In this document: piece by piece, positions 1 to 9,406 of the stretch
Layout: the number at the start of each line of letters is the position of its first letter
Position numbering within the stretch: the first letter of the stretch is position 1
Assembly: GCA_041749335.1 (NCBI GenBank)
Contig: JBGTBM010000009.1
Coordinates: forward strand, 179-64,178
Direction: 5' to 3'
Length of the DNA stretch: 64,000 bases
Source: Patescibacteria group bacterium
Lineage (GTDB): Bacteria > Patescibacteriota > JABMPQ01
Position numbers and translations under genes: made by a program
The notes under the pieces: model-generated
Databases searched by the model: none
What the model was told of the DNA's origin: nothing
The model's input: only the letters and a program-made list of their open reading frames with translations

Positions 1-495
1 TCAAATGTTGCTATTTCATACATTGGAACTGGTTACGGCGTTGCACTCCCTGGTACCGTATCTGGTCCAAATTGGACATTTGGAACACCTTTCAGTTTTA
101 CAGATAGCACAACTACTGATATATCCATGGAAGCCTTAAGCAGTACTTTAGTTGCTTTTGCTTATAAAGATGGAGGAACAAGTAGTGGATTATTTAAATA
201 TGGAACACTATCTGGAGGTTTCTTCGGATATAGTTCTTCGTCGACTTATAATTCAGATTCTTCCACTTTAAATGATATAGTTGCTTTAAACAGTACAGAT
301 TTTACTATTGCATATTTTGATGGTGGAACAAATCCATCCACTGGTGGTGTTGCTATTTTTGGAGAACTTCAAGAAGAGGGTGAATCATCTATTCCCGAAC
401 TTCCCGGAAATACTTTATGGAAAGTACTGATCGCTGTTCTAGCTCTTGGCCTGGTGGTCGGTGTAGCAGCATTCTTGAAGAAGAAAAAAGCATAG
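1..495 (+). CDS. 3'-partial surface protein, Ser/Thr/Gly-rich, with C-terminal TM anchor plus KKKK tail (sorting-signal-like); 5' end lies outside the window
   Basis: The reading frame is open from base 1 with no stop until 495. It contains repeated motifs of the form (V/I)A(F/Y)AY(K/F)DGGT..S.GG. The C-terminus reads IPELPGNTLWKVLIAVLALGLVVGVAAFLKKKKA: a hydrophobic helix followed by a basic tail, as in sortase or exosortase substrates. Confidence 0.55.
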   Translation, partial: SNVAISYIGTGYGVALPGTVSGPNWTFGTPFSFTDSTTTDISMEALSSTLVAFAYKDGGTSSGLFKYGTLSGGFFGYSSSSTYNSDSSTLNDIVALNSTDFTIAYFDGGTNPSTGGVAIFGELQEEGESSIPELPGNTLWKVLIAVLALGLVVGVAAFLKKKKA

Positions 496-525
496 ATTAA
501 ACGAATTTAACGGATTTCGATACTA

Positions 526-558
526 AAACACCTCGTTATTAAGCGAGGTGTTTTTTTG
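526..558 (+). terminator. Rho-independent terminator of the surface-protein gene
   Basis: Hairpin acacctcg-ttattaag-cgaggtgt followed by T7. Confidence 0.7.
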
Positions 559-573
559 TTAATGATTTAAATT

Positions 574-601
574 GTAGGGGCAACTCGCGAGTTGCCCCTA
601 C
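574..601. repeat. Perfect 28-bp GC-rich palindrome gtaggggcaactcGCgagttgcccctac
   Basis: Exact inverted repeat of 13+13 nt with a 2-nt centre, in an otherwise AT-rich intergenic region. A second palindrome, ggcaggatCTTatcctgcc, lies at 654-672. Confidence 0.8.
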
Positions 602-1429
602 GCGAATAAAATATCCCTGCCGGTTGAATAAATAAATAATATAATAAAAGTAGGGCAGGATCTTATCCTGCCATTTTAGAAGAGATTAGCAACTTAAGAG
701 AACGTTATTGTGATCTCGCTTAGCTGGAGAAGCCTGCCCGCCGAAGGCGAGTAATCCCAGTAATAAATCCACGAGATTGCTTCACTCCCCTTGGTCGTTC
801 GCAATTACATTTTCTATTCACGTCATTGCGAGCCCCGACGTTACGTCGGGACGAAGCAATTTCTTGTGAATTTATAATTACATGAAAATATATTAATCCC
901 TGAGCTTGTCAAAGAGTTAAATTTAAATAGAATATAATTTTTAATAAGACATTTGAATATATTTGACACTTATTATTATATATTATGTAATATATGTTAG
1001 TTAGGGGAGTATATTGTGTTTAATTTATTTGATATTTATCTATTCGTCCATCTATAAAGCGGGGTAGTGACATATAAAATAAGTTTATAATTTAATAACA
1101 AATAGCGTGGAATTGAGTACAAATCCGGAAAAATAATTTTTTATATAATTTAACTTATTTATTATATATAGGTTCGCATAACATACATTGTGCGACGTGT
1201 ACTTATTCTACTGATAACCTCTTTCCTCTATTATTATGGCTTTAGTTTTAGGAATATTAAACACTTTCTAGGTCATAATATACCCATAAACTAATAAATT
1301 TTATTGATAATTTGTATATATCCCCCGAATTAACAAATTTCTATGACTTAATTGACATAATTTAATTATATTGCTAAATTATGATGTTCTTTGAAAATAA
1401 TTGTTTTCAGGCTCTTCAGGAGGCGGAAA

Positions 1430-2113
1430 ATGGCCAAACCGGAAAATCTATCATATTTAAATTATGTATTGTTGGTAAAATCAATGGGACATAAGGATAA
1501 TTATCGAGTTTGGAATTCATTTGCAAAAAAATTCTTGGCGACTCACAACGGCCATTATATTAAATTAACTTACATGAATTTCGAAGACTTTGATTTGCGC
1601 AATGCTGATTTAAGATGTGTTGATTTCACCGGCAGTCGACTAGTTAATTGTAACTTATCCGGCACCAGTTCAGCATTAAAAAATCTCACCGGTAGTATTT
1701 TTGATTACGGTGACCTCAGAAGCGCCAATCTTTCCCATGCGTTGCTGGCCGAAGCTTCATTCATTAGCGCCACTTTAATTGATGCAAACGGGTCTGACCC
1801 TGCTCAGCTTAAAAACGCCGTGATGAATAATTCCAATTGGGAACGAGCACGTGTGACTTCAGATCAGCTATCATTGACTCACATCCACGGAGTCAAGAAC
1901 ATTAATCCTGAAACTGCCAAAGAAATTGTTACGGCGCTTTATCAAAGCCTAATCAAAAAAGATAAGGCAAAAAAACCGGAACAGGCGGTTCACATCACTC
2001 AGGAGTCGCAGGGTAGCCCTAATGTTCTGGTATCAGGAGAAATTATTGGCCACGATACCCCCCTGCCGTCACCTTCCCCATTCGTACAACCCATCCCGAA
2101 AGAAAGCCAATAA
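1430..2113 (+). CDS. Pentapeptide-repeat protein (Qnr/MfpA-like fold) with a Pro/Ser-rich C-terminus
   Basis: Tandem A(D/N)LxxxxF(T/S)G pentapeptide repeats (DLRNADLRCVDFTGSRLVNCNLSGT..., ANLSHALLAEASF...). AGGAGG at 1418-1423 sits 6 nt before the ATG at 1430. The ORF-track start at 1391 is a TTG and is probably spurious. Confidence 0.75.
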   Translation: MAKPENLSYLNYVLLVKSMGHKDNYRVWNSFAKKFLATHNGHYIKLTYMNFEDFDLRNADLRCVDFTGSRLVNCNLSGTSSALKNLTGSIFDYGDLRSANLSHALLAEASFISATLIDANGSDPAQLKNAVMNNSNWERARVTSDQLSLTHIHGVKNINPETAKEIVTALYQSLIKKDKAKKPEQAVHITQESQGSPNVLVSGEIIGHDTPLPSPSPFVQPIPKESQ

Positions 2114-2140
2114 GTTTACGCGCGTTCTTTAATACATAAA

Positions 2141-2172
2141 TGACCAGTCTGATTTACTGGCCATTTTTTTTA
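2141..2172. terminator. Weak bidirectional terminator between convergent genes
   Basis: Hairpin ccagt-ctgattt-actgg followed by T9. Confidence 0.4.
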
Positions 2173-2191
2173 TTAAATTTATATAATTTTA

Positions 2192-2581
2192 CTATTTTTT
2201 ACTCTGATAATCATCAATAGCCGCTTTAATTGCTTCTTCGGCTAAATTTGAACAATGCTCTTTAATAGGAGGAAGTCCGCCCAGTTGATGTGAAACATCT
2301 TTATTGGTAATTTCCAGGGCTTCTTCTATAGTTTTACCTTTGGCTAAATCAGTGACCATTGATGATGTTGCAATGGCCGCGGCGCATCCCATAGTTTCAA
2401 ATTTTATATCCGCAATATATTCTTTGTTGCCTTTTTTATCAACTTTAATATAAAGCTTCATCATATCTCCGCATGTAGGATTTCCCACCTCTCCAATACC
2501 ATCAGCATCTTTAATTGATCCCATATTATGAGGATCCTGAAAATGTTTAATTACTTCTTTTGAATATAAACTATTTATCAT
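2192..2581 (-). CDS. iscU: Fe-S cluster assembly scaffold IscU/NifU
   Basis: Conserved Cys ligands (NPTCGD, ..GC..A..) and an LPP(I/V)K motif (GGLPPIKEHCS). Confidence 0.85.
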   Translation of the reverse strand: MINSLYSKEVIKHFQDPHNMGSIKDADGIGEVGNPTCGDMMKLYIKVDKKGNKEYIADIKFETMGCAAAIATSSMVTDLAKGKTIEEALEITNKDVSHQLGGLPPIKEHCSNLAEEAIKAAIDDYQSKK

Positions 2582-2624
2582 AATTTTTCATTATTTATTA
2601 TTTTTATTAAGCAAAACCTATTAA

Positions 2625-3806
2625 TTATTTTATCGGCGACATTTTGCGCAACTTCACAATAATATTAGGTAATACCTTCATTACTTTGTCAATATCTTTA
2701 TCCGTATTATTTTTACCAAAACTAAATCTAATGCTGCCGTGCGCTTTATCTTTGCTGATTCCCATCGCAATTAACACATGCGAAGGTTGAAGCGTTCCGG
2801 AAGTGCAGGCAGAGCCGGTTGATACCGCGATTCCGGCAAAATCCAAATTTAGCAAAATACTCTCCCCTTCAATTTTATCAAACCTGATGTTGGCTATATT
2901 GGGCAAGCTTTTTTCAATACTTCCATTCAAATAAGTATTTGGTATGGCGGAAAAGACACGATCAATTAAACTTTTTTTTAATTTTAAAGTATGTTGATAA
3001 AGCTTTTTCTGATCTTTCTTAATCAGTGAAATTGCCTCCCCCAGCCCGACAATTCCGGGTACATTTAATGTGCCGGCTCGCTTATTATACTCCTGATGTC
3101 CGCCTTGCTGCATCTTTTCAATTTTGGTTCCGGCCTTAACGTAAAGCGCCCCTACTCCTTTTGGTCCATAGAATTTATGCGCAGACAACGACATTAAGTC
3201 AACATTGTAAATTTCCGGACGGCAATCCAAATACTGGATAGCTTGAACAGCATCGGTATGAAATATAATTTTATTTTTTCGAGATTGATTGGCTTTTTCA
3301 ATAATTTTTCCGGCTTTTTTAATGGGCTGAATCGATCCCACTTCGTTATTGGCAAACATTATACTTACTAAAACCGTATTTTCTTTAATACTTTGCTCTA
3401 ATTCCTTTATATCAACTATTCCATCACGATTGACTTTCAAATAAGTAACATCCACCCCATTTCTTTCTAAATATTGGCATGTTTCAAGCACTGCCAAATG
3501 TTCAATCGCCGTGGTTATTATGTGAGGTTTTTTCAATCCGCATGCTTTAATAACGCCCTTGATAGATAAATTATTGCTTTCTGTTGCACCGGAAGTAAAA
3601 ACAATTTCGGAAGTCTTGCAATCTAAAAATTCAGCTAATTTTTCTCTGGCTTCATCTACCGCGATTATCCCCTCTTGCCCAATAGTATGGATAGAAGCCG
3701 GATTCCCAAATTTTTCGGTAAAATAAGGCAGCATTTTTTCTAAAACGGCTCGGTCCACCGGCGTGGTAGCGCTATGATCTAAATATATTTTTTTTTGATT
3801 ATTCAT
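2625..3806 (-). CDS. iscS: Cysteine desulfurase (NifS/IscS, class V aminotransferase)
   Basis: PLP-lysine motif SAHKFYGPKG, the active-site loop SACTSG, and an N-terminus IYLDHSATTPV. Confidence 0.85.
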   Translation of the reverse strand: MNNQKKIYLDHSATTPVDRAVLEKMLPYFTEKFGNPASIHTIGQEGIIAVDEAREKLAEFLDCKTSEIVFTSGATESNNLSIKGVIKACGLKKPHIITTAIEHLAVLETCQYLERNGVDVTYLKVNRDGIVDIKELEQSIKENTVLVSIMFANNEVGSIQPIKKAGKIIEKANQSRKNKIIFHTDAVQAIQYLDCRPEIYNVDLMSLSAHKFYGPKGVGALYVKAGTKIEKMQQGGHQEYNKRAGTLNVPGIVGLGEAISLIKKDQKKLYQHTLKLKKSLIDRVFSAIPNTYLNGSIEKSLPNIANIRFDKIEGESILLNLDFAGIAVSTGSACTSGTLQPSHVLIAMGISKDKAHGSIRFSFGKNNTDKDIDKVMKVLPNIIVKLRKMSPIK

Positions 3807-6180
3807 AATTTAATAATTTTTTTATTCTTACGGTATTTTTTATAAATTCTTTGTATTTTTTGTCGGGAAGTTCTTTTAGTACTATCCGATATTCGTTTAA
3901 CTCTTTTCCCATCGATAACTGTCGTTCCGATTTATATTTTCTTACCTCCGCTATCGCCGCAACGGCTTTCTCAAATTCATTTATAGTTTTATCGTCAAAA
4001 TTCCACTTCTTATTTATCTCAGGCCATTGAGATAAATGAATGCTTTTATCCCCTTCTGTTTTTTTGTAAAACATTTGATATATTTCTTCCGTTATGAATG
4101 GTAATATTGGAGCATATAGCTTTATTATTGTCAACATTAAATAATATAAGGAATGTCGAGCCGCGTTCTTTGATTCTTCCATCTTCGGATCTTCACTATA
4201 TAAACGATATTTAATAAATTCCAAATAATTATCGGTAAAATCTCCCCAAAAGAACTCATCAATTATATCTCTAGCTTTTGAATAACTATATTGTTCGTAA
4301 CTGTCAGTCGCTTCCTTGATTGTTTGATTTAACTTAAATAAAACCCATTTATCCGCATCCTCTAAATTAACTTTCGCTTTATTTAAATCAATCTCGCTTA
4401 AATGCGACCAGGTAAATTTAGAAGCGTTCCAAAGCTTTGTAACCGTACGTTTTCCCTTTTGGATTTCCTGCTCATTGTAGCGCATATTTTCGCCTAATTT
4501 TGCGCCGGTAGCCCAATATCTAAGCGCATCTGAACCATATTGTTTCAATATAATATTGGGATCCTTAAAATTTCCCAAACTCTTTGATATTTTTCTGCCT
4601 TTATCGTCCAAACCATGACCGGATATCATCACATCCTCAAACGGCAGTTGATTGTGGTGGTAATATGATTTTACTACGGTATAAAATAACCAAGTCCTGA
4701 TTATTTCAAAGGCTTGAGGCCGAAGCGTCGCCGGATATAGTTTCATTTGAACACTTTTCTTATTCACTAGCTTGGAAGCAATGAGAGGAGTTAAAGATGA
4801 TGTCATCCAGGTATCCATCACTTGCTTTTCCGGTATAAAATCATTGGATCCGCACTGGCACTTTTCTTTAGGTTTATCCACAGTCGGATCAACCGGCAAG
4901 TCTTTTTCTTCCGGCAGCATTTCTCTACCGCATTGTTTACAATACCATACCGGAAAAGGCACGCCGTAATATCTATCGCGTGAAATGCACCAATCCCATT
5001 TCAAAGCCTCTACCCAATCCCCATACCTTCTTTTCATGCTATCCGGAAACCAATTAAGCTTCTCTCCTTGCTTTAAAAATTTGGCTTTATTGCTTAAAAT
5101 ATCAATAAACCATTGCTTGGTAATAATAAACTCGGCCGGGGTGCCACAACGATCATGGGTATTCATGACATGGCTGATATCCACCTGTTTGATCAGTAGT
5201 TTTTGCTTCTGTAAGTCAGCTATAATCTGTTCCCGCGCCTTCATCAGCTCCAACCCGGCGTATTTTCCCGCCAGATCAGTTAATTTTCCTGCTTCGTTAA
5301 CTATTTTCCTGGTATCGAGCTTATATTCCTTCCACTTTCTGACATCTTCTGCATCTCCCCAAGTGCAAACCATCATTAATCCCGTGCCAAATTCCATATC
5401 CACGCTTTCCTCGCTTAAAATCGGCACCTGATGATTGAAAATCGGCACTGTTGCTTTCTTTCCTATTAATTCCTTATATCTTTTATCTTCGGGATTTACA
5501 AACAAAGCCACACAGGCAGGCAGCAGTTCAGGCCGTGTAGTCGCAATTACAAATTTGTTTTTATCCCCTCCTCCAAATTGAATATAGTTTAACTTGCTTT
5601 TTTCTTCTTTATCATCCAAATCGGCTTGGGCAAGCGCTGTCTGGCATTTTGGGCACCAATAAATCGGCTCTTCTTTTCTCTGCACTTTACTTTTTTTATA
5701 TAGATCTAAAAACGACCACTGGGATATTTTCCGGCTATGCTCATTGATTGTGCTATATGTTTTTGTCCAATCCACCGATATCCCCAGAGCAGTCCATAAA
5801 TCACGGTAGTTTTGAGCGCCAATTTTTGTTTCCTGCAAGCACAGCTTAATGAATTCATCTCTTTTTACCCGCGATTTATCAATATTATATTTTTTTTCCA
5901 CATATCTTTCGGTAGGCAGCCCATTATCATCAAAACCCATTGGATAATAAACATTAAATCCCTGCATTCTTTTATACCGAACGACAAATTCCGCCTGTGA
6001 ATAGCTCATAATATGCCCGGCGTGTAAATGAGCGGCGGATACATATGGCGGCGGCGTATCCACTGAAAATATTTCTTTCTCGGAATTCTCGTCGAATTTA
6101 TAAATATTCTCTTTTTCCCAATACTCCTGCCAATATTTCTCACGCTCCTGGAAGTTATAATTTTTTGCGATTGCTTGCAT
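3799..6180 (-). CDS. valS: Class I aminoacyl-tRNA synthetase, most likely valyl-tRNA synthetase (archaeal/CPR-type)
   Basis: HIGH-type motif (TPPPYVSAAHLHAGH), the KMSKS variant KISKSLGN, and WCISRDRYYGVPFPVW. The likely start is MQAIAKNYNF at 6180; the track start at 6234 is upstream. At about 793 aa the protein is too short for IleRS. I cannot fully exclude Ile/Leu specificity. Confidence 0.55.
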   Translation of the reverse strand: MQAIAKNYNFQEREKYWQEYWEKENIYKFDENSEKEIFSVDTPPPYVSAAHLHAGHIMSYSQAEFVVRYKRMQGFNVYYPMGFDDNGLPTERYVEKKYNIDKSRVKRDEFIKLCLQETKIGAQNYRDLWTALGISVDWTKTYSTINEHSRKISQWSFLDLYKKSKVQRKEEPIYWCPKCQTALAQADLDDKEEKSKLNYIQFGGGDKNKFVIATTRPELLPACVALFVNPEDKRYKELIGKKATVPIFNHQVPILSEESVDMEFGTGLMMVCTWGDAEDVRKWKEYKLDTRKIVNEAGKLTDLAGKYAGLELMKAREQIIADLQKQKLLIKQVDISHVMNTHDRCGTPAEFIITKQWFIDILSNKAKFLKQGEKLNWFPDSMKRRYGDWVEALKWDWCISRDRYYGVPFPVWYCKQCGREMLPEEKDLPVDPTVDKPKEKCQCGSNDFIPEKQVMDTWMTSSLTPLIASKLVNKKSVQMKLYPATLRPQAFEIIRTWLFYTVVKSYYHHNQLPFEDVMISGHGLDDKGRKISKSLGNFKDPNIILKQYGSDALRYWATGAKLGENMRYNEQEIQKGKRTVTKLWNASKFTWSHLSEIDLNKAKVNLEDADKWVLFKLNQTIKEATDSYEQYSYSKARDIIDEFFWGDFTDNYLEFIKYRLYSEDPKMEESKNAARHSLYYLMLTIIKLYAPILPFITEEIYQMFYKKTEGDKSIHLSQWPEINKKWNFDDKTINEFEKAVAAIAEVRKYKSERQLSMGKELNEYRIVLKELPDKKYKEFIKNTVRIKKLLNYE

Positions 6181-6209
6181 AATTATTAAAATTTTTATAA
6201 TTAATATTT

Positions 6210-6776
6210 TTATTCTACGTCCAGCCCCGGACAATTAGCCGCGGGCTCTAATCCTGCCGCTTGTGCTTCTTCAACGCTGTCAAAATATACTTTATTTTCC
6301 TCTTTTATTCTATTTGCACCGCTGCATGATGGTAAGTAATATTTTGTTCCGTTTTTGGATGCCACATATTTACCGGTTTCAGAATCAGTATTACTATCTT
6401 CATCCTCCACCGCTGCATCTTCTGTGGATTGATACTCTTGATAACCTTGTCCCTCTGCATCTTCCTTGGTATCAAACCAAATTAATTTACTTTCACCAAT
6501 TTCGGCGATCTTGGCTTGAGTGGCCAGATAATACACACTTCCTTGCAGACTGCCGACATATTTACCTAATATTTCAGCATCGATGGCCTGATCATTATTG
6601 GAAGCTTCAACTTTTTGCGATAAAATTTCATCGTTTTCATATATATTTATTGGCACTTCTCTCTCAATTTTTGAATATCTGCCCGCGCCAAAACTAACAA
6701 TTCCAACTAAAACCACAAATACCGCCTTAAACATTTTATCTTGGTGTTTTTGAAAAAAGGCTTTAATTTTATCCAA
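6210..6776 (-). CDS. Membrane-anchored protein with tandem Ada-like Zn-binding (Ada_Zn_binding-type) domains
   Basis: N-terminal TM helix. The second repeat, KYYLPSCSGANRIKEENKVYFDSVEEAQAAGLEPAANCPG, matches the Ada N-terminal pattern Y..xC....I..N..F.S.EA.AAG..PC..C. The first repeat is degenerate and lacks the Cys residues. Confidence 0.5.
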   Translation of the reverse strand: MDKIKAFFQKHQDKMFKAVFVVLVGIVSFGAGRYSKIEREVPINIYENDEILSQKVEASNNDQAIDAEILGKYVGSLQGSVYYLATQAKIAEIGESKLIWFDTKEDAEGQGYQEYQSTEDAAVEDEDSNTDSETGKYVASKNGTKYYLPSCSGANRIKEENKVYFDSVEEAQAAGLEPAANCPGLDVE

Positions 6777-6817
6777 AATATTAAAAATAAATTAATTTAT
6801 TTAATCTTATCACTGAT

Positions 6818-6846
6818 ATTGACAATATTCAATACTTGGCTTAAGA
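6818..6846 (+). promoter_or_regulatory. Sigma70-like promoter upstream of rpmA
   Basis: TTGACA at 6818-6823, a 17-nt spacer, then TAAGAT at 6841-6846, about 35 nt upstream of the rpmA ATG. Confidence 0.4.
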
Positions 6847-6881
6847 TAATTATATATTTATTTAACTGATAAATTAAACGT

Positions 6882-7166
6882 ATGGCGCATAGAAAAGCTG
6901 GTGGGTCTACTTCTCTAGGGCGAGATTCACAATCAAAAAGACTGGGAATTAAGTTATCCAGCGGACAATTTGCTAAAACCGGCTGTATTATAATTACCCA
7001 AAGAGGCACTAAATATCATCCTGGCATTAATGTTAAAAGAGGTAAAAACGATTCTTTATTTGCTATGACCGAAGGGCTAGTTGAATTCAAAAGAAAAAAG
7101 GTTAAGAAATTTAATGGTAATTTGGCAGAAACTTGTTTTGTTAATATAATTCCCAAGTCTAAATAA
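6882..7166 (+). CDS. rpmA: 50S ribosomal protein L27
   Basis: MAHRKAGGSTSLGRDSQSKRLGIK...GTKYHPGINVKRGKNDSLFA is a canonical L27 sequence. Confidence 0.9.
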   Translation: MAHRKAGGSTSLGRDSQSKRLGIKLSSGQFAKTGCIIITQRGTKYHPGINVKRGKNDSLFAMTEGLVEFKRKKVKKFNGNLAETCFVNIIPKSK

Positions 7167-7170
7167 TTTA

Positions 7171-7208
7171 AAAAAAGGACAATTTGTAAATATATTGTCT
7201 TTTTTTAT
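7171..7208. terminator. Bidirectional rho-independent terminator (rpmA / pyrG)
   Basis: A7 - aggacaat - loop - attgtcct - T7. Confidence 0.7.
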
Positions 7209-7223
7209 TTCTAAATTAATCAG

Positions 7224-8915
7224 TTATTTCACCGCCGCTTTAATAAATTCCATAAACAACGGATGAGGCTTCATTGGGCGTGATTTATATTCCGGATGCC
7301 CCTGCGTAGCAATAAAAAATGGATGAATTTTTTTTGGCAACTCAATCATTTCCACGAAGAAATCATCCGGCGAAGTTCCGGAAAATACCATTCCTTTTTC
7401 TTCCAAAGGCTTGCGATATTTATTATTAAATTCATAGCGATGTCGATGCCGCTCGGATATCTTTACATTTCCTTCGGCTTTTATGCCCAGTTTTTCTTTC
7501 TGCTCTTTGTTAAGCTTCTCTCCATATTTATATTTTAAGTAAATAGCTCCGGCCAAGGAATCTTGTTTCAAATAACAATCATACGCCCCTAATCTCATCG
7601 AAACCCCCTTCCCTTTTATTACTTGGTACTTTTCATTCATCGGAATATCGTGAATAATTGGATGTATGGTTTTTGGTTTATTTTCTACCGTATCGGCATC
7701 TTTAAACCCCACTACATTGCGGGCGTATTCAACGCAGGCTAGCTGCATTCCATAACAAAGCCCTAAATAGGGTATTTTTTTCTCACGAGCATATTTGATA
7801 GTAGCAATCTTTCCTTCCGCTCCTCTTTTTCCCCAGCCGATTGGAACAATAATCCCATCCGGATTGCCAATAATCTTTACCCCTTCATTTTCCACCGCTT
7901 CAGTGTTAACAAATCTTAAATTAAGATCAATGTTAAGCTGCCAGCAAGCGTGCTTGATCGCTTCAATTAATGAAGCATAAGAATCCAATAATTGATAATC
8001 GCCCGTGCTAATATATTTTCCCGCAATTACAACTTCCACCTTTTTACTTTTCTGTGACTTAATTCTTTTAACTAATTTTTGCCATTCCCCCAGCTTATTG
8101 GTTTTATAATTTAATTTTAAATATTTTAATATTTTTTTATCAAACTCCTGCTTGGCAAACTCCAAGGGCAGTTCATAGACGCTCTCTAGGTCTCGCGCCA
8201 TGATAACATTATCGCCTGGTACGGATGTTTTAAGGCCTAATAAATATCTCCTTCTTTTATCAAACGTGGCTTCGGATCTTAATACTAAAAATTCAGGCAT
8301 CAGTCCCATGCCCATCACGGTGCGCATAGAAAACTGTGTTGGCATTGTCTTGGGCTCTCCTATGTGTTTTGGCAAAGGGACATAGCTAACATGCACATTT
8401 AAAATCTGTCCCGGCATTTGAGCTTTCATAATTCTGCATGCTTCATAATAAAGCATGTTTTGGTATTCTCCGGCCGTACCTCCAAGTTCAATGATTAATA
8501 TCTCATTGCCCTCTCCGGCTTCTTTTATTCTTTTGATGATTTCGTCAGATACGTGGGGAATCGCCTCCACATCTTCTCCTTGATAGCCAAATGATCTTTC
8601 ACGATCAATTACGGTCTTATATATTTGGCCCATCGTGGTAAAATTTTTATATCCCATTTCTTGATTTAAAAATCTTTCATACGTCCCCAGATCCATATCG
8701 GCCTCTAGCCCGTCTTCACATAAAAAAGGATCGCCGTGTTCAATAGGATTAATAGTGCCAGAATCAATATTAAGATAATTCTCACATTTGATCACGCCAA
8801 CTTTATAACCGCGGTTTTGCAGCAAATGGCCGATGGAAGCCGCTACTACGCCCTTGCCCAAACCCGATAACACTCCGCCAGAAACGAATATAAACTTTGT
8901 TTTTTTATTTGCCAT
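7224..8915 (-). CDS. pyrG: CTP synthase
   Basis: N-terminus KFIFVSGGVLSGLGKGVVAASIG and a C-terminal glutamine amidotransferase domain (GLCYGMQ). Confidence 0.9.
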   Translation of the reverse strand: MANKKTKFIFVSGGVLSGLGKGVVAASIGHLLQNRGYKVGVIKCENYLNIDSGTINPIEHGDPFLCEDGLEADMDLGTYERFLNQEMGYKNFTTMGQIYKTVIDRERSFGYQGEDVEAIPHVSDEIIKRIKEAGEGNEILIIELGGTAGEYQNMLYYEACRIMKAQMPGQILNVHVSYVPLPKHIGEPKTMPTQFSMRTVMGMGLMPEFLVLRSEATFDKRRRYLLGLKTSVPGDNVIMARDLESVYELPLEFAKQEFDKKILKYLKLNYKTNKLGEWQKLVKRIKSQKSKKVEVVIAGKYISTGDYQLLDSYASLIEAIKHACWQLNIDLNLRFVNTEAVENEGVKIIGNPDGIIVPIGWGKRGAEGKIATIKYAREKKIPYLGLCYGMQLACVEYARNVVGFKDADTVENKPKTIHPIIHDIPMNEKYQVIKGKGVSMRLGAYDCYLKQDSLAGAIYLKYKYGEKLNKEQKEKLGIKAEGNVKISERHRHRYEFNNKYRKPLEEKGMVFSGTSPDDFFVEMIELPKKIHPFFIATQGHPEYKSRPMKPHPLFMEFIKAAVK

Positions 8916-8918
8916 TTT

Positions 8919-9368
8919 TTATTTTTCTTCTTTAACGATTAATTTAATTTCTGTTTCAATTTCTTTACTAATTCTAATTTTAATCGGATATTCTCCGATT
9001 TTTTTAATTGGTCCATCTAATTGTATCATGTCTTTAGAAAATTCCGCTTTAACTTGATTATTTAAAGCTTTTAATATCTTTTCCGCCTTGACTGATCCAA
9101 ATAAAATTCCGTCTTCTTTAACTTTTTCACTTAACTCAATTTTTATGCCTTTAATTCCGTCTGCCATCTTTTCAAGATTCTTAATTTTTTTCTGCTCTTC
9201 TTGCGCTCTTTGTTTTTTCAGTTTTTCAGCCATATTAATAGCGTGAGGAGTGGCAACCTCTACTAATTTTCTGGGCATTAAATAATTTCTTGCATAGCCA
9301 TCAGACACTTCTTTAATATCACCCTTCTTACCTAAATTTTCAACGTCTTCCTGTAAAACAATTTTCAT
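8919..9368 (-). CDS. rplI: 50S ribosomal protein L9
   Basis: MKIVLQEDVENLGKKGDIKEVSDGYARNYLMPRKLV is the L9 N-terminal domain. Confidence 0.85.
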   Translation of the reverse strand: MKIVLQEDVENLGKKGDIKEVSDGYARNYLMPRKLVEVATPHAINMAEKLKKQRAQEEQKKIKNLEKMADGIKGIKIELSEKVKEDGILFGSVKAEKILKALNNQVKAEFSKDMIQLDGPIKKIGEYPIKIRISKEIETEIKLIVKEEK

Positions 9369-9406
9369 ATTTTTATATTATTTTAATAAAATTTATTCTT
9401 TGCATA

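Noticed and set aside
560-900. Specific calls of tmRNA, RNase P RNA or SRP RNA for the GC-rich intergenic island
   Set aside because: I could not find the tRNA-like T-loop or CCA end, the RNase P P4 consensus (GGAAAGUCCGGGC / ACAGAACCCGGCUUA), or the SRP domain-IV motif on either strand. It is kept only as an unclassified structured element.
4772-6000. ORFs 4772-4969, 4985-5431 and 5812-6000 (+) inside and antisense to the aminoacyl-tRNA synthetase gene
   Set aside because: They lie antisense to an ORF with strong, motif-level homology (HIGH, KMSKS). Their composition is low-complexity and they have no motifs. They are spurious.
6263-7009. ORFs 6263-6697 (+) and 6797-7009 (-)
   Set aside because: The first is antisense to the Ada-like gene and is His/Leu/Tyr-rich junk. 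The second overlaps the rpmA promoter and start codon.
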